NCBI GenBank assembly: GCA_030017715.1
Contig: JASEIU010000001.1
Location: 1,520-65,519 of the forward strand
Source of the DNA: Candidatus Saccharicenans sp.
GTDB taxonomy: Bacteria > Acidobacteriota > Aminicenantia > Aminicenantales > Saccharicenantaceae
Reading direction: 5' to 3'
Length of the DNA stretch: 64,000 nucleotides
Below are positions 19,301-28,587 of this stretch, in pieces (positions within the stretch are counted from its first letter, which is position 1; the number at the start of each line of letters is the position of its first letter). The position numbers and the translations under genes were made by a program. Under the pieces are notes generated by a model. The model searched no databases. It had not been told where the DNA came from and was given only the letters and a program-made list of their open reading frames with translations.

Positions 19301-21848
19301 CGAGAAAGCGGTGATTTATATTCCGGAGACGGTTCAGGGGCGGGCCCTGGTTTCGGTTGAGACCGGAAATTCGGTTCTTCAGAAAATGTGGATCATGACC
19401 CAGAAGGGACAGAACCGGATCGAGATTCCGCTGACCGTAAAAATGTCGCCTAACGTCTATGTCCACGTCACCCTGATTCAACCTCACAGCGGCAAGGTGA
19501 GCGACACGCCGATCAGGATGTATGGCGTTATTCCGATCATAGTGGAGGACCCGAATACCAGGCTGGAACCGGTGGTGGGTGTTCCCCAGGAGATAAAGCC
19601 CGGGGAAAAATTCAGGATTCAGGTGAGCGAAAAGAATCAGCGGAGGATGTTTTATACGGTGGCCGTGGTCGACGAAGGCCTGCTGGCCCTGACCAGGTAC
19701 CGGGCTCCAGATCTGCGGCAGGAATTTTACAAAAAAGAAGCCCTGGGCATAATCACCTGGGACCTCTTTGACCAGGTGGCTGAAGCTTACGGGGCGGAAC
19801 TCAGCCGGATACTGGCTCTTGGAGGAGACGGGAGTCTCGAAGGAAAGGCCGAGGCCAGAAAGCCGAGACGTTTTCCGCCGGTGGCCATGTTCGCCGGTCC
19901 GTTTGAGCTGAAGCCCGGGGAGACCGCCGGCCATGAATTCCTGATGCCGCAGTACTTCGGTCAGGTCAGAGTGATGGTGGTCGCCGGCCAGGAAGGCGCC
20001 TACGGAGTGGCTGAAAAAGCCGTCTATGTCCGGCGCGACCTGATGGCCCTGGCCACCCTGCCCCGGATTTTGCGGCCGGGCGAGCTGGTGACCATGCCCA
20101 TAACTTTGTTTATTACCCGGCCCGAGCTGAAGGAGGTTGAGGTCAGCCTCCAGACCAACGAGCTCTTCCAGGTGGTCGGCGAAAACAGAAAGAAGGTTGA
20201 ATTTTCAGGGGCGGGCGAGCAGATGGTCTATTTTGAACTGAAGGTGGCCGACAGCACCGGTCAGGGAGCGGTCAGCTACCAGGCCCGGGCGGGTTCGGAG
20301 ACAGTGAGCGGAAGAATCGACATTGAAGTTTTGAGTTCCAATCCTTCGATCACCAGAATGGCCGATTATGAAGTAAAAGCCGGGAAAAGCCTGAAGGAAA
20401 AAATTGTGCCTTTCGGGCTCAAAGGCACCAACTCGGTGGTGGTTGAAGTTTCGCCGGTTCCCAATCTCCGGCTGGAAAAAAGGTTGAACTTTCTGATTCA
20501 GTATCCGCACGGCTGCCTGGAACAGACGCTGTCGGTCGCTTTCCCCCAGCTTTACCTTAAAAATCTGGTGCGCTTGACTCCGGACCAGAGCAGGGAAATA
20601 GAGCTCCACGTTCGGGCAGCGGTTGAAAAGATGAGGAAATTCCAGATGCCGGGCGGCGGTTTCAGTTACTGGCCGGGCGGGCACGAATCTCATCACTGGA
20701 CCTCCACCTATGCCGGCTGGTTTCTGCTGGAAGCTTCACGCGCCGGATATTACGTGCCGGCTGAGATGCTGGCCGCCTGGAAGGATAATCAGAAGCGGCT
20801 GGCCAACGCCTGGATTACCGGCGGGTCTTATGATCAGTTGATCCAGGCCTTCAGGTTGTTCGTTCTGTCCCAGGCCAGGGAACCGGATACCGGGGCCATG
20901 AACCGGCTGCGAGAAAAACAGGGCTTGAACAGCCTGACCTCTTGGTTGCTGGCCGCCGCCTTCTATCTCAACGGTCAACTGGAAGCAGCTGAAGAACTGG
21001 CGGGAAAAACCAGACTGGAATTTGATAGGTACCGGGATTCGGAGCTGACTTTCGGTTCTGAGCTCAGGGATAAAGCCCTGGTCGCTCACTGCCTGAGCCT
21101 GATTGGGAAAGGGGATAAGGCCAAACCGCTGATAAAAGAAATTTCCGAAATAACCTCTTCCGACCTCTGGCTGAACACCAACGAGACCGCCATGGTGCTA
21201 TTAGCTCTCTCGAGTTATTATGGAACGGCCGGCGCCGAAGGCTATGCTTTCAAGTTGGGATGGGACGAAAAGAGTCCGGAAAAAATTTCCTCCTCCCGGC
21301 CGGTGGAAAAAAGGTCGTTGGCCGATTTCCCGCTTGAGGGGCGGACCCTTGTCTTCAATAACGACGGCACCGTTCCGCTTTATCTCTGTGTTTATACCCG
21401 GGGAATTCCGCCGGCCGGCCTGGAGGAACCGCAGGAGCGCGGAATTAAGGTTAAAGTGACTTTCCGCGACCTGAAGATGAACCCGGTCGATATCAGTTCG
21501 GTGCTCCAGGGTTCGGATCTCCTGGCCGACATTGTGGTCGAAAACGACAGCCCGCGGCCGCTTGAAAATCTGGCCCTGACCTGCCTGGTGGCCTCTGGAT
21601 TCCAGATCAAAAATCCTCTGTTCAGCCCGGACGGAAAAGCCGTCAGCTGCGATTACCAGGATGTCAGGGATGACCGGGTCTATACCTATTTCAAGCTGAG
21701 AAGAGGAGAGAAAAAGACGTTTTTGATTACTCTGAACGCTTCCTATGTCGGGCAGTTCTATCAGCCCGGCTTTCTGGTGGAGGCCATGTACGACGATTCG
21801 GTGCAGGCCAACACCAAAGGGCAATGGATAAAAATCGTCAGGCAGTAA
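16323..21848 (+). CDS. yfhM: Bacterial alpha-2-macroglobulin (lipoprotein)
   Basis: 1841 aa; LVS-C lipobox; ERGVWRPGD (MG2); AVVDEGLL; thioester motif YPHGCLEQ; DVRDDRV; followed by pbpC. Confidence 0.95.
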   Translation: MNKTAKIFCLIFLVLMIGGLVSCRKEKAKPGVSMEPDWYHYISAHTSGTVPRRARIRVVFVEEVGKPGEESVGLLEINPPVPGKLVWATNRVLMLIPNTELKPDTEYTATLNLNKIMKLPEEYSKFVFSFRTIKQLMEMNIEGLYPEDETRPEILTLKGQLLTSDMEEPLAVEKILQAEQEGKSLGISWSHSGDGTGHYFSVRNIIRGEEQSRVRLRWDGSPLNISDRGEREIEIPPLSQFDLSLVTAVWEDSPHILLQFTDALDRSQKLKGLIEIEGYPLNFEIDQNKIRVYSPRSFRGAVEVKIFPGIRSVNRRTFTREETRTVVFGTPLPSVRFVGNGVILPRKERLTVPIEAINLKSIQVTVFKIYGQNIPQFLQVNDLAGTRELVRVGKYLWRKTVSLSDDPEVTSRWARYDLDVTPLFQEDPSGIYRIILSFNRGNSTYPCPESIEPHKTEPPLESQAESSDYYYYWDETYGYPYLQNGWLYRNDPCHDAYYNPHFNREAVVGRNFLVSNLGLLAKLEKNNQLHAVVTDLRTAQPLSGARVEVFNYQQQLLASADSDGNGFAVFSLKEKPFLVVARSGKELGYLRLGNETVISLSSFDIGGETVNRGLKGYIYGERGVWRPGDTLFLTFALFDREKSLPEDHPVVMEFYSPQGQLYRTLKPEKSLGGFYAFKIETEENIQTGPWQAKVLVGGVTFSRTFRIETVVPNRLKIDFQTGREIITRKDRPLQATLSAQWLHGATAPNLKFDVTVNLTSRKTAFADFPDFVFDDPSREQISGEETTVKGQLDQQGKALVKLGLETSVEAPGSLTAGFVTRVFEESGDFSIDTFSQVFHPYDHYVGIKVRGEQKGYGYLETGKDQEVEVVVVDSRGKPVSNRKVRVSLYKIGWRWWWEREGQSLADYMSKPYTRPIASGEVVIENGRAVWKFNLRAEDWGRYFIRAEDMEGDHTTGLTVYVDWPDWTGRSRAAGGEAATRLVLASDKTSYLVGEKAVIYIPETVQGRALVSVETGNSVLQKMWIMTQKGQNRIEIPLTVKMSPNVYVHVTLIQPHSGKVSDTPIRMYGVIPIIVEDPNTRLEPVVGVPQEIKPGEKFRIQVSEKNQRRMFYTVAVVDEGLLALTRYRAPDLRQEFYKKEALGIITWDLFDQVAEAYGAELSRILALGGDGSLEGKAEARKPRRFPPVAMFAGPFELKPGETAGHEFLMPQYFGQVRVMVVAGQEGAYGVAEKAVYVRRDLMALATLPRILRPGELVTMPITLFITRPELKEVEVSLQTNELFQVVGENRKKVEFSGAGEQMVYFELKVADSTGQGAVSYQARAGSETVSGRIDIEVLSSNPSITRMADYEVKAGKSLKEKIVPFGLKGTNSVVVEVSPVPNLRLEKRLNFLIQYPHGCLEQTLSVAFPQLYLKNLVRLTPDQSREIELHVRAAVEKMRKFQMPGGGFSYWPGGHESHHWTSTYAGWFLLEASRAGYYVPAEMLAAWKDNQKRLANAWITGGSYDQLIQAFRLFVLSQAREPDTGAMNRLREKQGLNSLTSWLLAAAFYLNGQLEAAEELAGKTRLEFDRYRDSELTFGSELRDKALVAHCLSLIGKGDKAKPLIKEISEITSSDLWLNTNETAMVLLALSSYYGTAGAEGYAFKLGWDEKSPEKISSSRPVEKRSLADFPLEGRTLVFNNDGTVPLYLCVYTRGIPPAGLEEPQERGIKVKVTFRDLKMNPVDISSVLQGSDLLADIVVENDSPRPLENLALTCLVASGFQIKNPLFSPDGKAVSCDYQDVRDDRVYTYFKLRRGEKKTFLITLNASYVGQFYQPGFLVEAMYDDSVQANTKGQWIKIVRQ

Positions 21849-22162
21849 AGATGGAAAAAACAGCAGGAATGACCTGGCAGGCTGGGAGTAAAAAAGAACC
21901 ACAGCCGAAAAAAAAGCCAAAAAGAAATGTTAATGAGGAGTAAATGAAAGGAGCACAGGCCGGGGCAAATAAGAGGAGGGCTTTGAAGTTCGGAAGGAAA
22001 ATCAAATAGCTCCGCAGGCAACTAAAAAAAGTTAAGCCCATGAAAATGTTAAAAGAGTTTACGGCGGAGTGATAAACAGAAAAAAGAAAACAAGGAGAAA
22101 AAAGAAGAAAACAAAGAATATTAGTCGAAAGAATAACGGTAATTAGTCTGGCTGATGAAGAG

Positions 22163-24541
22163 ATGAAAATAAGAAACAGAAAGAAGAAATGGCGGCTGGC
22201 GGCAGCGGCCCTGCCGGCCCTGGCCTTCTTAGTTTATCTGCTGTGGCCTCCTGGCCCGCTTTTTGACCGGCCGCTGTCTCCGGTTCTTTTTTCTGAGGAC
22301 GGACAGCTTCTCGGAGCCAGGCTGGCTGCCGACGGTCAGTGGCATTTTCCCAGGGACAGGAAAGTTCCGGACAAGTATTTTCAGGCAGTTCTGCAGTTTG
22401 AAGACCGAAGATTCTACCTCCATCCCGGAGTTGACCCGGTGGCGATGGTGAGGGCGGCCTGGCAGAACCTCAAGGCCGGTCGCATAAAGAGCGGTGGCAG
22501 CACCATCACCATGCAGTTAGCCAGACTAACCATTGGCAGCGGTCGGCGGACGGTCGGCCGGAAGCTCAAGGAATCCCTCCTGGCCTTAAAGATTGAGCTC
22601 CGCTATTCCAAGCGAGAAATTCTCGAGCTGTTTGCCTCTAACGCTCCTTTCGGTCGCAATCTGGTCGGCCTCGATGCGGCCTCCTGGTTTTATTTCGGGC
22701 GCCACCCGGAGGATTTGAGCTGGGCCGAAGCCTGTTTCCTGGCTGTGCTGCCGAAGAATCCCGGCCTGGCGGCCGATGAGAATGGAATGTCGAATATCAG
22801 AAGAAAGCGCGATCGGCTGCTGGAGAAGCTGAGACGACGGGGCCTCATCGATGAAATTAAGTTGAAGCTGGCTCTGAGCGAGCCGCTGCCCGCCGGCTTG
22901 AGGCCGGTGCCCAGAGAAGCTGAACATCTGCTTGAAACTCTGGCCAAGGACGGCCGGGTCAAAACGCCGTTCCGGTCTTTTATCAAGGCCGAATTGCAGA
23001 GAAGAATTTCAGCCAGGGCGGAAGTTTACGGAGAAAAATTGCTCAATCGCGGGATACGCAATCTGGCCGCGGTGGTGATCGATAATCGGAAGGGGGCCGT
23101 GGTCGCCTATGTGGGTAATGTCGGAGCGCACAGAAATTTTGACTCGGCCCAGTTTGTTGATGTCGTCCAGAGCCCGAGAAGCACCGGCAGCATTCTCAAG
23201 CCCTTCCTTTATGCGGCCATGCTTCAGGAGGGTTTTATAACGCCCGAGATGCTGATACCTGATATTCCCACGCGCTACCAGGGATTCAGGCCGAAGAATT
23301 TTGACCGGCAGTTCCGGGGTGCGGTGTCGGCCCGGAGGGCTCTGGCCTGGTCGCTGAACGTCACCGCCGTCCGGATGCTTCACGACTTCGGGATTCCCCG
23401 GTTCAAGAATCTGCTCGCCGGCTGGGGGATGAGCACGCTTTTCCGTCCGGCCGACGATTATGGCCTGAGCCTGATTCTCGGAGGCGCAGAAGGTAAACTC
23501 CTGGAGATAGCCTCAATCTACGCCGGGATCGGCCGGCAGGCGATGGGACTGGAAGGCGCCGGGGAAAAAATCAAACTTCTCCAGGATGAAAAATCTCAGA
23601 CCACCGGGCTGGCCAGGCTCAGCCGGGGGGCTGCCTACCTGACGCTCGAAGCCCTGACCGAGGTCAACCGACCGGACGAGGAGGGGTTCTGGAGGAATTT
23701 CAGTTCATCGCGCTGGGTGGCCTGGAAGACCGGGACCAGCTTCGGGTTGAAAGATGCCTGGGCGGTCGGGGTTACTCCGAATTACACCGTCGGGGTCTGG
23801 GCCGGAAACGCCGACGGCGAGGGGCGGCCGGAAATAACCGGAGTGGCCGCGGCTGCGCCTTTTTTGTTCGAGGCGCTGGCTCTGCTGGATACAGGCGGGG
23901 AAATTCCGCTGCCGGATCGACATCTCAAACGGGTGGAAATCTGCGCCGATTCCGGTTATCTCCCGGGAGACCTGTGCCCGAAAAAAACCATCTGGCTGCC
24001 GGCAGAAAACTATTTTGACCGGGGTTGCGCCTTCCATCAACTGGTTCATCTTGACCCTTCGGGGAGATACCGGGTGGACAGCCGGGTGGAATCGGTGGCT
24101 AAAATGCGGCATCAGTCCTGGTTTGTGCTGCCTCCGGTGCAGGAATATTATTACCGCGCTTATCATCCTGAATACAAGCCGCTTCCTCCATTCAAGAGCG
24201 GCCGGGCGCGGGAAGCCGAGGTGGCCGAGGGGGCCCGGGTCATGAACTTGATTTATCCCGAGCCGGGAACCGCGGTTTACATTCCGATCGATCTGGACGG
24301 CCGGCCGGGAGAGGTGGTTCTGGAAGCCGTCCACCGGCAGCCCGGGGCGGTCATCCACTGGCACCTGGATGAGGAGTACCTGGCCAGCACCAGGCATTTC
24401 CATCAGGTAACCTGCAATCCGACGCCGGGAGAGCATGTGCTGGTGCTGGTGGATAATGAGGGACGCCGACTTGCTCGAGCTTTTACCGTCATCAGCCGGG
24501 GAGAAGCCGGGTCCAGGAAGGTCGCTGACTCCAGCCGTTAG
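22163..24541 (+). CDS. pbpC: Penicillin-binding protein 1C
   Basis: EDRRFYLHPGVD and GGSTITMQL (transglycosylase); SILK, SLN and KTGT (transpeptidase); C-terminal BiPBP_C-like domain; adjacent to A2M. Confidence 0.95.
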   Translation: MKIRNRKKKWRLAAAALPALAFLVYLLWPPGPLFDRPLSPVLFSEDGQLLGARLAADGQWHFPRDRKVPDKYFQAVLQFEDRRFYLHPGVDPVAMVRAAWQNLKAGRIKSGGSTITMQLARLTIGSGRRTVGRKLKESLLALKIELRYSKREILELFASNAPFGRNLVGLDAASWFYFGRHPEDLSWAEACFLAVLPKNPGLAADENGMSNIRRKRDRLLEKLRRRGLIDEIKLKLALSEPLPAGLRPVPREAEHLLETLAKDGRVKTPFRSFIKAELQRRISARAEVYGEKLLNRGIRNLAAVVIDNRKGAVVAYVGNVGAHRNFDSAQFVDVVQSPRSTGSILKPFLYAAMLQEGFITPEMLIPDIPTRYQGFRPKNFDRQFRGAVSARRALAWSLNVTAVRMLHDFGIPRFKNLLAGWGMSTLFRPADDYGLSLILGGAEGKLLEIASIYAGIGRQAMGLEGAGEKIKLLQDEKSQTTGLARLSRGAAYLTLEALTEVNRPDEEGFWRNFSSSRWVAWKTGTSFGLKDAWAVGVTPNYTVGVWAGNADGEGRPEITGVAAAAPFLFEALALLDTGGEIPLPDRHLKRVEICADSGYLPGDLCPKKTIWLPAENYFDRGCAFHQLVHLDPSGRYRVDSRVESVAKMRHQSWFVLPPVQEYYYRAYHPEYKPLPPFKSGRAREAEVAEGARVMNLIYPEPGTAVYIPIDLDGRPGEVVLEAVHRQPGAVIHWHLDEEYLASTRHFHQVTCNPTPGEHVLVLVDNEGRRLARAFTVISRGEAGSRKVADSSR

Positions 24542-24809
24542 GCGGGGAAATTCGACTGGAACTGTTTTACGCTGCTTGCGGACCGGAGACCGGACCCGAC
24601 GCATCGATAGACAGGGAAAAATTGAGAGCGCTGTTATCGCTTAAAGAAACAAAATTCCCGTTGCTCAATCATCAGGTCATTCTTTAAGCGGGACGTTGTC
24701 TATATTAATTTATTTAACAGGATTTCGGGAGCTTTTCTCTGGCGTAGAATTTGATAAAATTGCCGGGAAAATGAATTTTTGGAAAAGAACGAAAAAAGGT
24801 GCTTAAGAA

Positions 24810-25754
24810 ATGACTGAAATGGAGGAAAAAGGCCGGCTCAAGACCTGGTTGATTGCGGCCAGACCCTGGGCTCTTCCGGCCTCGGCGGTTCCGGTTCTAT
24901 TCGGCGGTTCTTTAGCGGCTACGGTCGGGTGGGTCCGATTGAATATCGGATTGCTGCTGCTAAGTCTGCTGGCCATGGCTCTTCTTCACACCGCGGCCAA
25001 CATGCTGTCCGATGTCATCGACTGGAAAAGGGGGCTCGACCGGGAAGTCACTCCGGTCAGCGGGGCGGTCGTTCGCGGGTTGCTCAGCCCTCAGCAAGTG
25101 TTGAAGGGGGCGGCGGTTCTTTTTGTTCTGGGCTCAGCTCTGGGTTTGATTTTAGTCTGGCTACGGGGAATTCTTATTTTATACATAGGAATAGCAGGAA
25201 TAATCCTGGGTCTGGCTTATCCCTGGCTTAAAGCCCTGGCCCTCGGTGACCTGGTAGTTTTTGTGAACTTCGGCCTTCTGGGCTCGCTGGGAGCCTGGGT
25301 GGTTCAGACCGGCCAGTTTTCCTGGCTGCCGGTGATGTGGGCCGTGCCTCAAGGAATGCTGGTGGTTGCGATTCTACATGCCAATAACTGGCGTGACTCC
25401 ATCACCGACCGCGAGAAGAAGGTCATTACCTTCGCCTCGCTTCTCGGCGACCGCGGTTCGCTTGTTTATTTCGGAAAACTCATATTCGGTTCGCAGGTTC
25501 TGATGGCCGGGTTTGTCCTGGTGCCGCGCCTTTTCAATCTGGATTTTCCTTCCCTGCCTCTGACGATGCTTATCGTTGTCCTGGCTCTCCCCGAAGCCTT
25601 AAAGCTCTGGCGGAAAGCCCGGAGCCGGCGCCAGCCCGCACATCCGTTCGACTTTATAACGCTCGACGGCGGCTGCGCCCGCTATGCTCTGACCTTCGGC
25701 CTTCTTTCGGTGGCCGGCCTGTGGCTCGGTCAGGTATTACCCCTGCTCCAGTGA
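24810..25754 (+). CDS. menA: UbiA-family prenyltransferase, MenA-like
   Basis: WLIAARPWAL, NMLSDVIDWKRGLD and LHANNWRDSITD aspartate-rich motifs; multiple TM helices. Confidence 0.8.
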   Translation: MTEMEEKGRLKTWLIAARPWALPASAVPVLFGGSLAATVGWVRLNIGLLLLSLLAMALLHTAANMLSDVIDWKRGLDREVTPVSGAVVRGLLSPQQVLKGAAVLFVLGSALGLILVWLRGILILYIGIAGIILGLAYPWLKALALGDLVVFVNFGLLGSLGAWVVQTGQFSWLPVMWAVPQGMLVVAILHANNWRDSITDREKKVITFASLLGDRGSLVYFGKLIFGSQVLMAGFVLVPRLFNLDFPSLPLTMLIVVLALPEALKLWRKARSRRQPAHPFDFITLDGGCARYALTFGLLSVAGLWLGQVLPLLQ

Positions 25755-26054
25755 TTGGTGACAATGATGAAGCGGGGCGGCCCGGCGTTAGCCCTCCGGC
25801 CGGATAAAAAGGAAGCGCTTCAGGGCGCCGGGCGGAGAGAGATGGTAAATCGGCTGCGGTAACAGTTGCTAACTTCGCCAGTTAAGACCTCATGAACACA
25901 AAGCGGCAATAATTGCGAAAGGAGAGAATGAACTTCGTCTCTTCCACCCACCCGGCTCAGGAGGTTTTCGGCGGCGATGAATTTTTCGGGAAAATGTAAA
26001 GTTTTTTTGTTAAGATAGAAGTCAGAAAAGAAAACAGGGCAGACGAATCTTTGA

Positions 26055-26723
26055 GTGAGGCCTTCGGGAAAAATGAAGCCGCTTAATGTAAGTCATGTTT
26101 CAATTTACATTATGACGCTGGCCGTGGCTTTATACTTTTTCCTGATTTTTTCCGGAGTATTCCCGGAGACCCTGGACCTGTGGTCGCTTCTGGCCGGCGG
26201 GTTGATGGTGTTTCTGATCCTGGCTGTCCGGTTCGACCCGCTTTTCAGCAAGTTAATCTATGGAGATTTTCGGGAAAAAACCTGGAAAGCTCTGGCCACG
26301 GGAGTGGTTTCAGCCCTTTTGCTGTACGGAGTTTTTCTGGCCGGCAATTTCTTTCTCAAAAAAATCTTCCCGGCCGGCAGCGAGCATCTGGCTTCCATCT
26401 ATAATTTGAAATACGGCAGCAGCCAGTTGAGGATCGGTTTGTTTCTGGCGCTGATGATAGGTCCGGGAGAAGAACTTCTCTGGCGGGGCTGGCTGCAGAG
26501 ACACTGGTCAGCCCGGCTGGGAAAAATTGCCGGCTTCCTGGGGGTGTCGCTGCTCTATGCCCTGGTGCATCTGTCGAGCCGCAATCCGGCGCTGGTGCTG
26601 GCCGCTTCTGTGTGCGGATTATGGTGGGGCTTTCAGTATTGCCGGTTTAACTCGCTTCTATCGAATGTGGTTAGCCACACCCTCTGGGACCTTCTGGTTT
26701 TTATCTTCATTCCGTTTTCTTGA
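26055..26723 (+). CDS. CPBP (Abi/CAAX) family intramembrane metalloprotease
   Basis: EELLWRG, YALVH and SHTLWD motifs. Start may be the ATG at 26073. Confidence 0.9.
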   Translation: MRPSGKMKPLNVSHVSIYIMTLAVALYFFLIFSGVFPETLDLWSLLAGGLMVFLILAVRFDPLFSKLIYGDFREKTWKALATGVVSALLLYGVFLAGNFFLKKIFPAGSEHLASIYNLKYGSSQLRIGLFLALMIGPGEELLWRGWLQRHWSARLGKIAGFLGVSLLYALVHLSSRNPALVLAASVCGLWWGFQYCRFNSLLSNVVSHTLWDLLVFIFIPFS

Positions 26724-27158
26724 CCGGATTCAATTCAAAAGAGGGCGGGCTCAACTGCCACGGCAAAGCCAGTCGATCCTGCAGCCCGGGAGTTGAATGG
26801 CCTGACGGGATAAATACTAACTGTGGGGAAGAATATAAAAAAGGTCACAAAATTATTGTTATCAGGGCCTGATCATCAGGCCGGGAACCCAGGAGAATTA
26901 ATAAAGGAACAATTCATCTTCCCACAGTAAAACTTGGGGTATCACTGACCTTCTGACCGGAGAAGAATGAGTCCAGTGCCAGGACCCGTGAAACTCCTGG
27001 CTTAAATTCAAAATGAACGAAAATTTGCTGACAGTCCTTTTCCTTTATGCTTTAGCTATCGGCTCTTTTATAGAGATTCCCGCTTTATAGATCCTCTTCC
27101 GCGAAGCAGTTGAGCCCGACAGACTTACCGGAGAGAAAGAGCTATTCAAATCAATAAA

Positions 27159-27674
27159 TTATGGCCGCCAGCGCTCGTAATTCACCAGCTCAGACAGATC
27201 CTTTCGTTTTTTCGGTGCGGGCTGATCAGCCGGATAGCCCAGAGGAGTAAAAGCCAGCGGCTCGACTTCCGGCGGAAGCGAAAAGATTTCCCGTGCGACG
27301 GCCGGGTCAAATGCGCCCACCCAGCAGGTGCCGAGTCCTTCATTGGCCGCCGCTAAAATCAGATGGTCCATGGCGATGGTAGCGTCCACGTCTGCGTAGT
27401 TTTTCCCGTCGCGGCGCTTCCAGGCAGCTTCCGGAATGGTCACAAGGCCGATTACCAGCGGCGCCTGGGTAAACCACTCCCGATGATAAAGCCGCTTCAA
27501 TTCCTCCTCGCGTCCGCGGCTGTTTATGACCAGCAGGCGAAAGGGCTGACGATTGGCAGCGGTTGGAGCCAGTCGGGCGGCCTCCAGGACTCTCTGCAAT
27601 TTTTCCGGTGGAACTGGATCCGGACGATAAGCCCTCACGCTGTAGCGATGCTTGATCAGTTCGTTGAATTCCAT
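27159..27674 (-). CDS. Nitroreductase family protein
   Basis: RYSVRAY, APTAANRQP, GLGTCWVGAF, LGYP. Confidence 0.93.
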   Translation of the reverse strand: MEFNELIKHRYSVRAYRPDPVPPEKLQRVLEAARLAPTAANRQPFRLLVINSRGREEELKRLYHREWFTQAPLVIGLVTIPEAAWKRRDGKNYADVDATIAMDHLILAAANEGLGTCWVGAFDPAVAREIFSLPPEVEPLAFTPLGYPADQPAPKKRKDLSELVNYERWRP

Positions 27675-28275
27675 TTTTGCCTCCCTGTTTCTCTCTTCTT
27701 TTTTTATTTTTTTATTTATTTTGTTGTGATGCCTATCTGAATTTATATTAAATTTTTTTTGCGAAATTTCATATAGCTTATTTTAGCTTAACCTTTATGG
27801 TTCATAGCCCGAGTAATTGATCAAGAGAGAAATATTCGGCCGGATAACTATGAGATTTCATCGGCTAAGAGAGGGGTTTAGAAGCACAGCCTCAAAGTGA
27901 GAATAAAGGAAATATCTTCTCAGCGTTTTGGTCAGCCCTGACTCTAACCAAACGAGGAAGCCTCTTTGTTTCCTTGACCGTCGGCAATTAAGGCCGGAGG
28001 GTAGCGCGGACTGTCTCCTGCCAGCCGCAGCGGAAGGAGTTCCCCGCGGGGAGATGGGTGGAGCGAGGACGGGAGGGGGCGGGCCGTGACAGATCCCTCT
28101 GACTAATCCGAGCTGTCACGGAAACAGAAAGGCCCTCACAAAAAGGAAATTTTTTTAATTTTCTCTCATTCATGAAGTCTAATATTTTCTTATCTAACCG
28201 GGAGAAGGTCTTCGTTTATTAAGGCACTGGCCAGGACACCTTTCGGTTCATTGCTTGCTACCTGCTATGAAATCT

Positions 28276-28587
28276 TCACTTGCTCCGCTTTTTCTCAGGC
28301 CAGATTTCCTTCATGGTGAAATCAACCCAGAACAGGTCAGTGGTGTTGGTGGCCACTTCCAGAACGGCCCGGCTGATGACCGCCGGCGGGTCGGGAAGTT
28401 TTTGCCACCAGCGCCGGTCGGACGGATAGCCAAATTGAAATCCCACCGGCGAGGGATAAAACCACCAGGCCCATCTGGAAAATTCCAATACAATTTCATC
28501 TAAGGATTTGAAAATCTGGCTGTCGTCTATAAAAGCCAGTCCTTCCCTATAAGTCGGCGGAAGCTTATCCTTCTCCAGGTGCTTCAG
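28276..28587 (-). pseudogene. 3' remnant (~103 codons) of a hypothetical gene whose 5' part is replaced by the neighbouring isomerase gene
   Basis: Stop-free, protein-like frame LKHLEKDKLPPTYREGLAFIDDSQIF...VGFQFGYPSDRRWW...LFWVDFTM begins at the upstream gene's stop, with no RBS or ATG. Confidence 0.6.

Noticed and set aside
15553..25213. menA repeat pair as a diversity-generating retroelement TR/VR
   Set aside because: Mismatches are not adenine-specific and are mostly synonymous; no reverse transcriptase is in the window.
27960..28145. GC-rich tract with a CCGTGACAG..CTGTCACGG stem as a riboswitch or ncRNA
   Set aside because: One 9-bp stem only; no match to an RNA family I can recognise.
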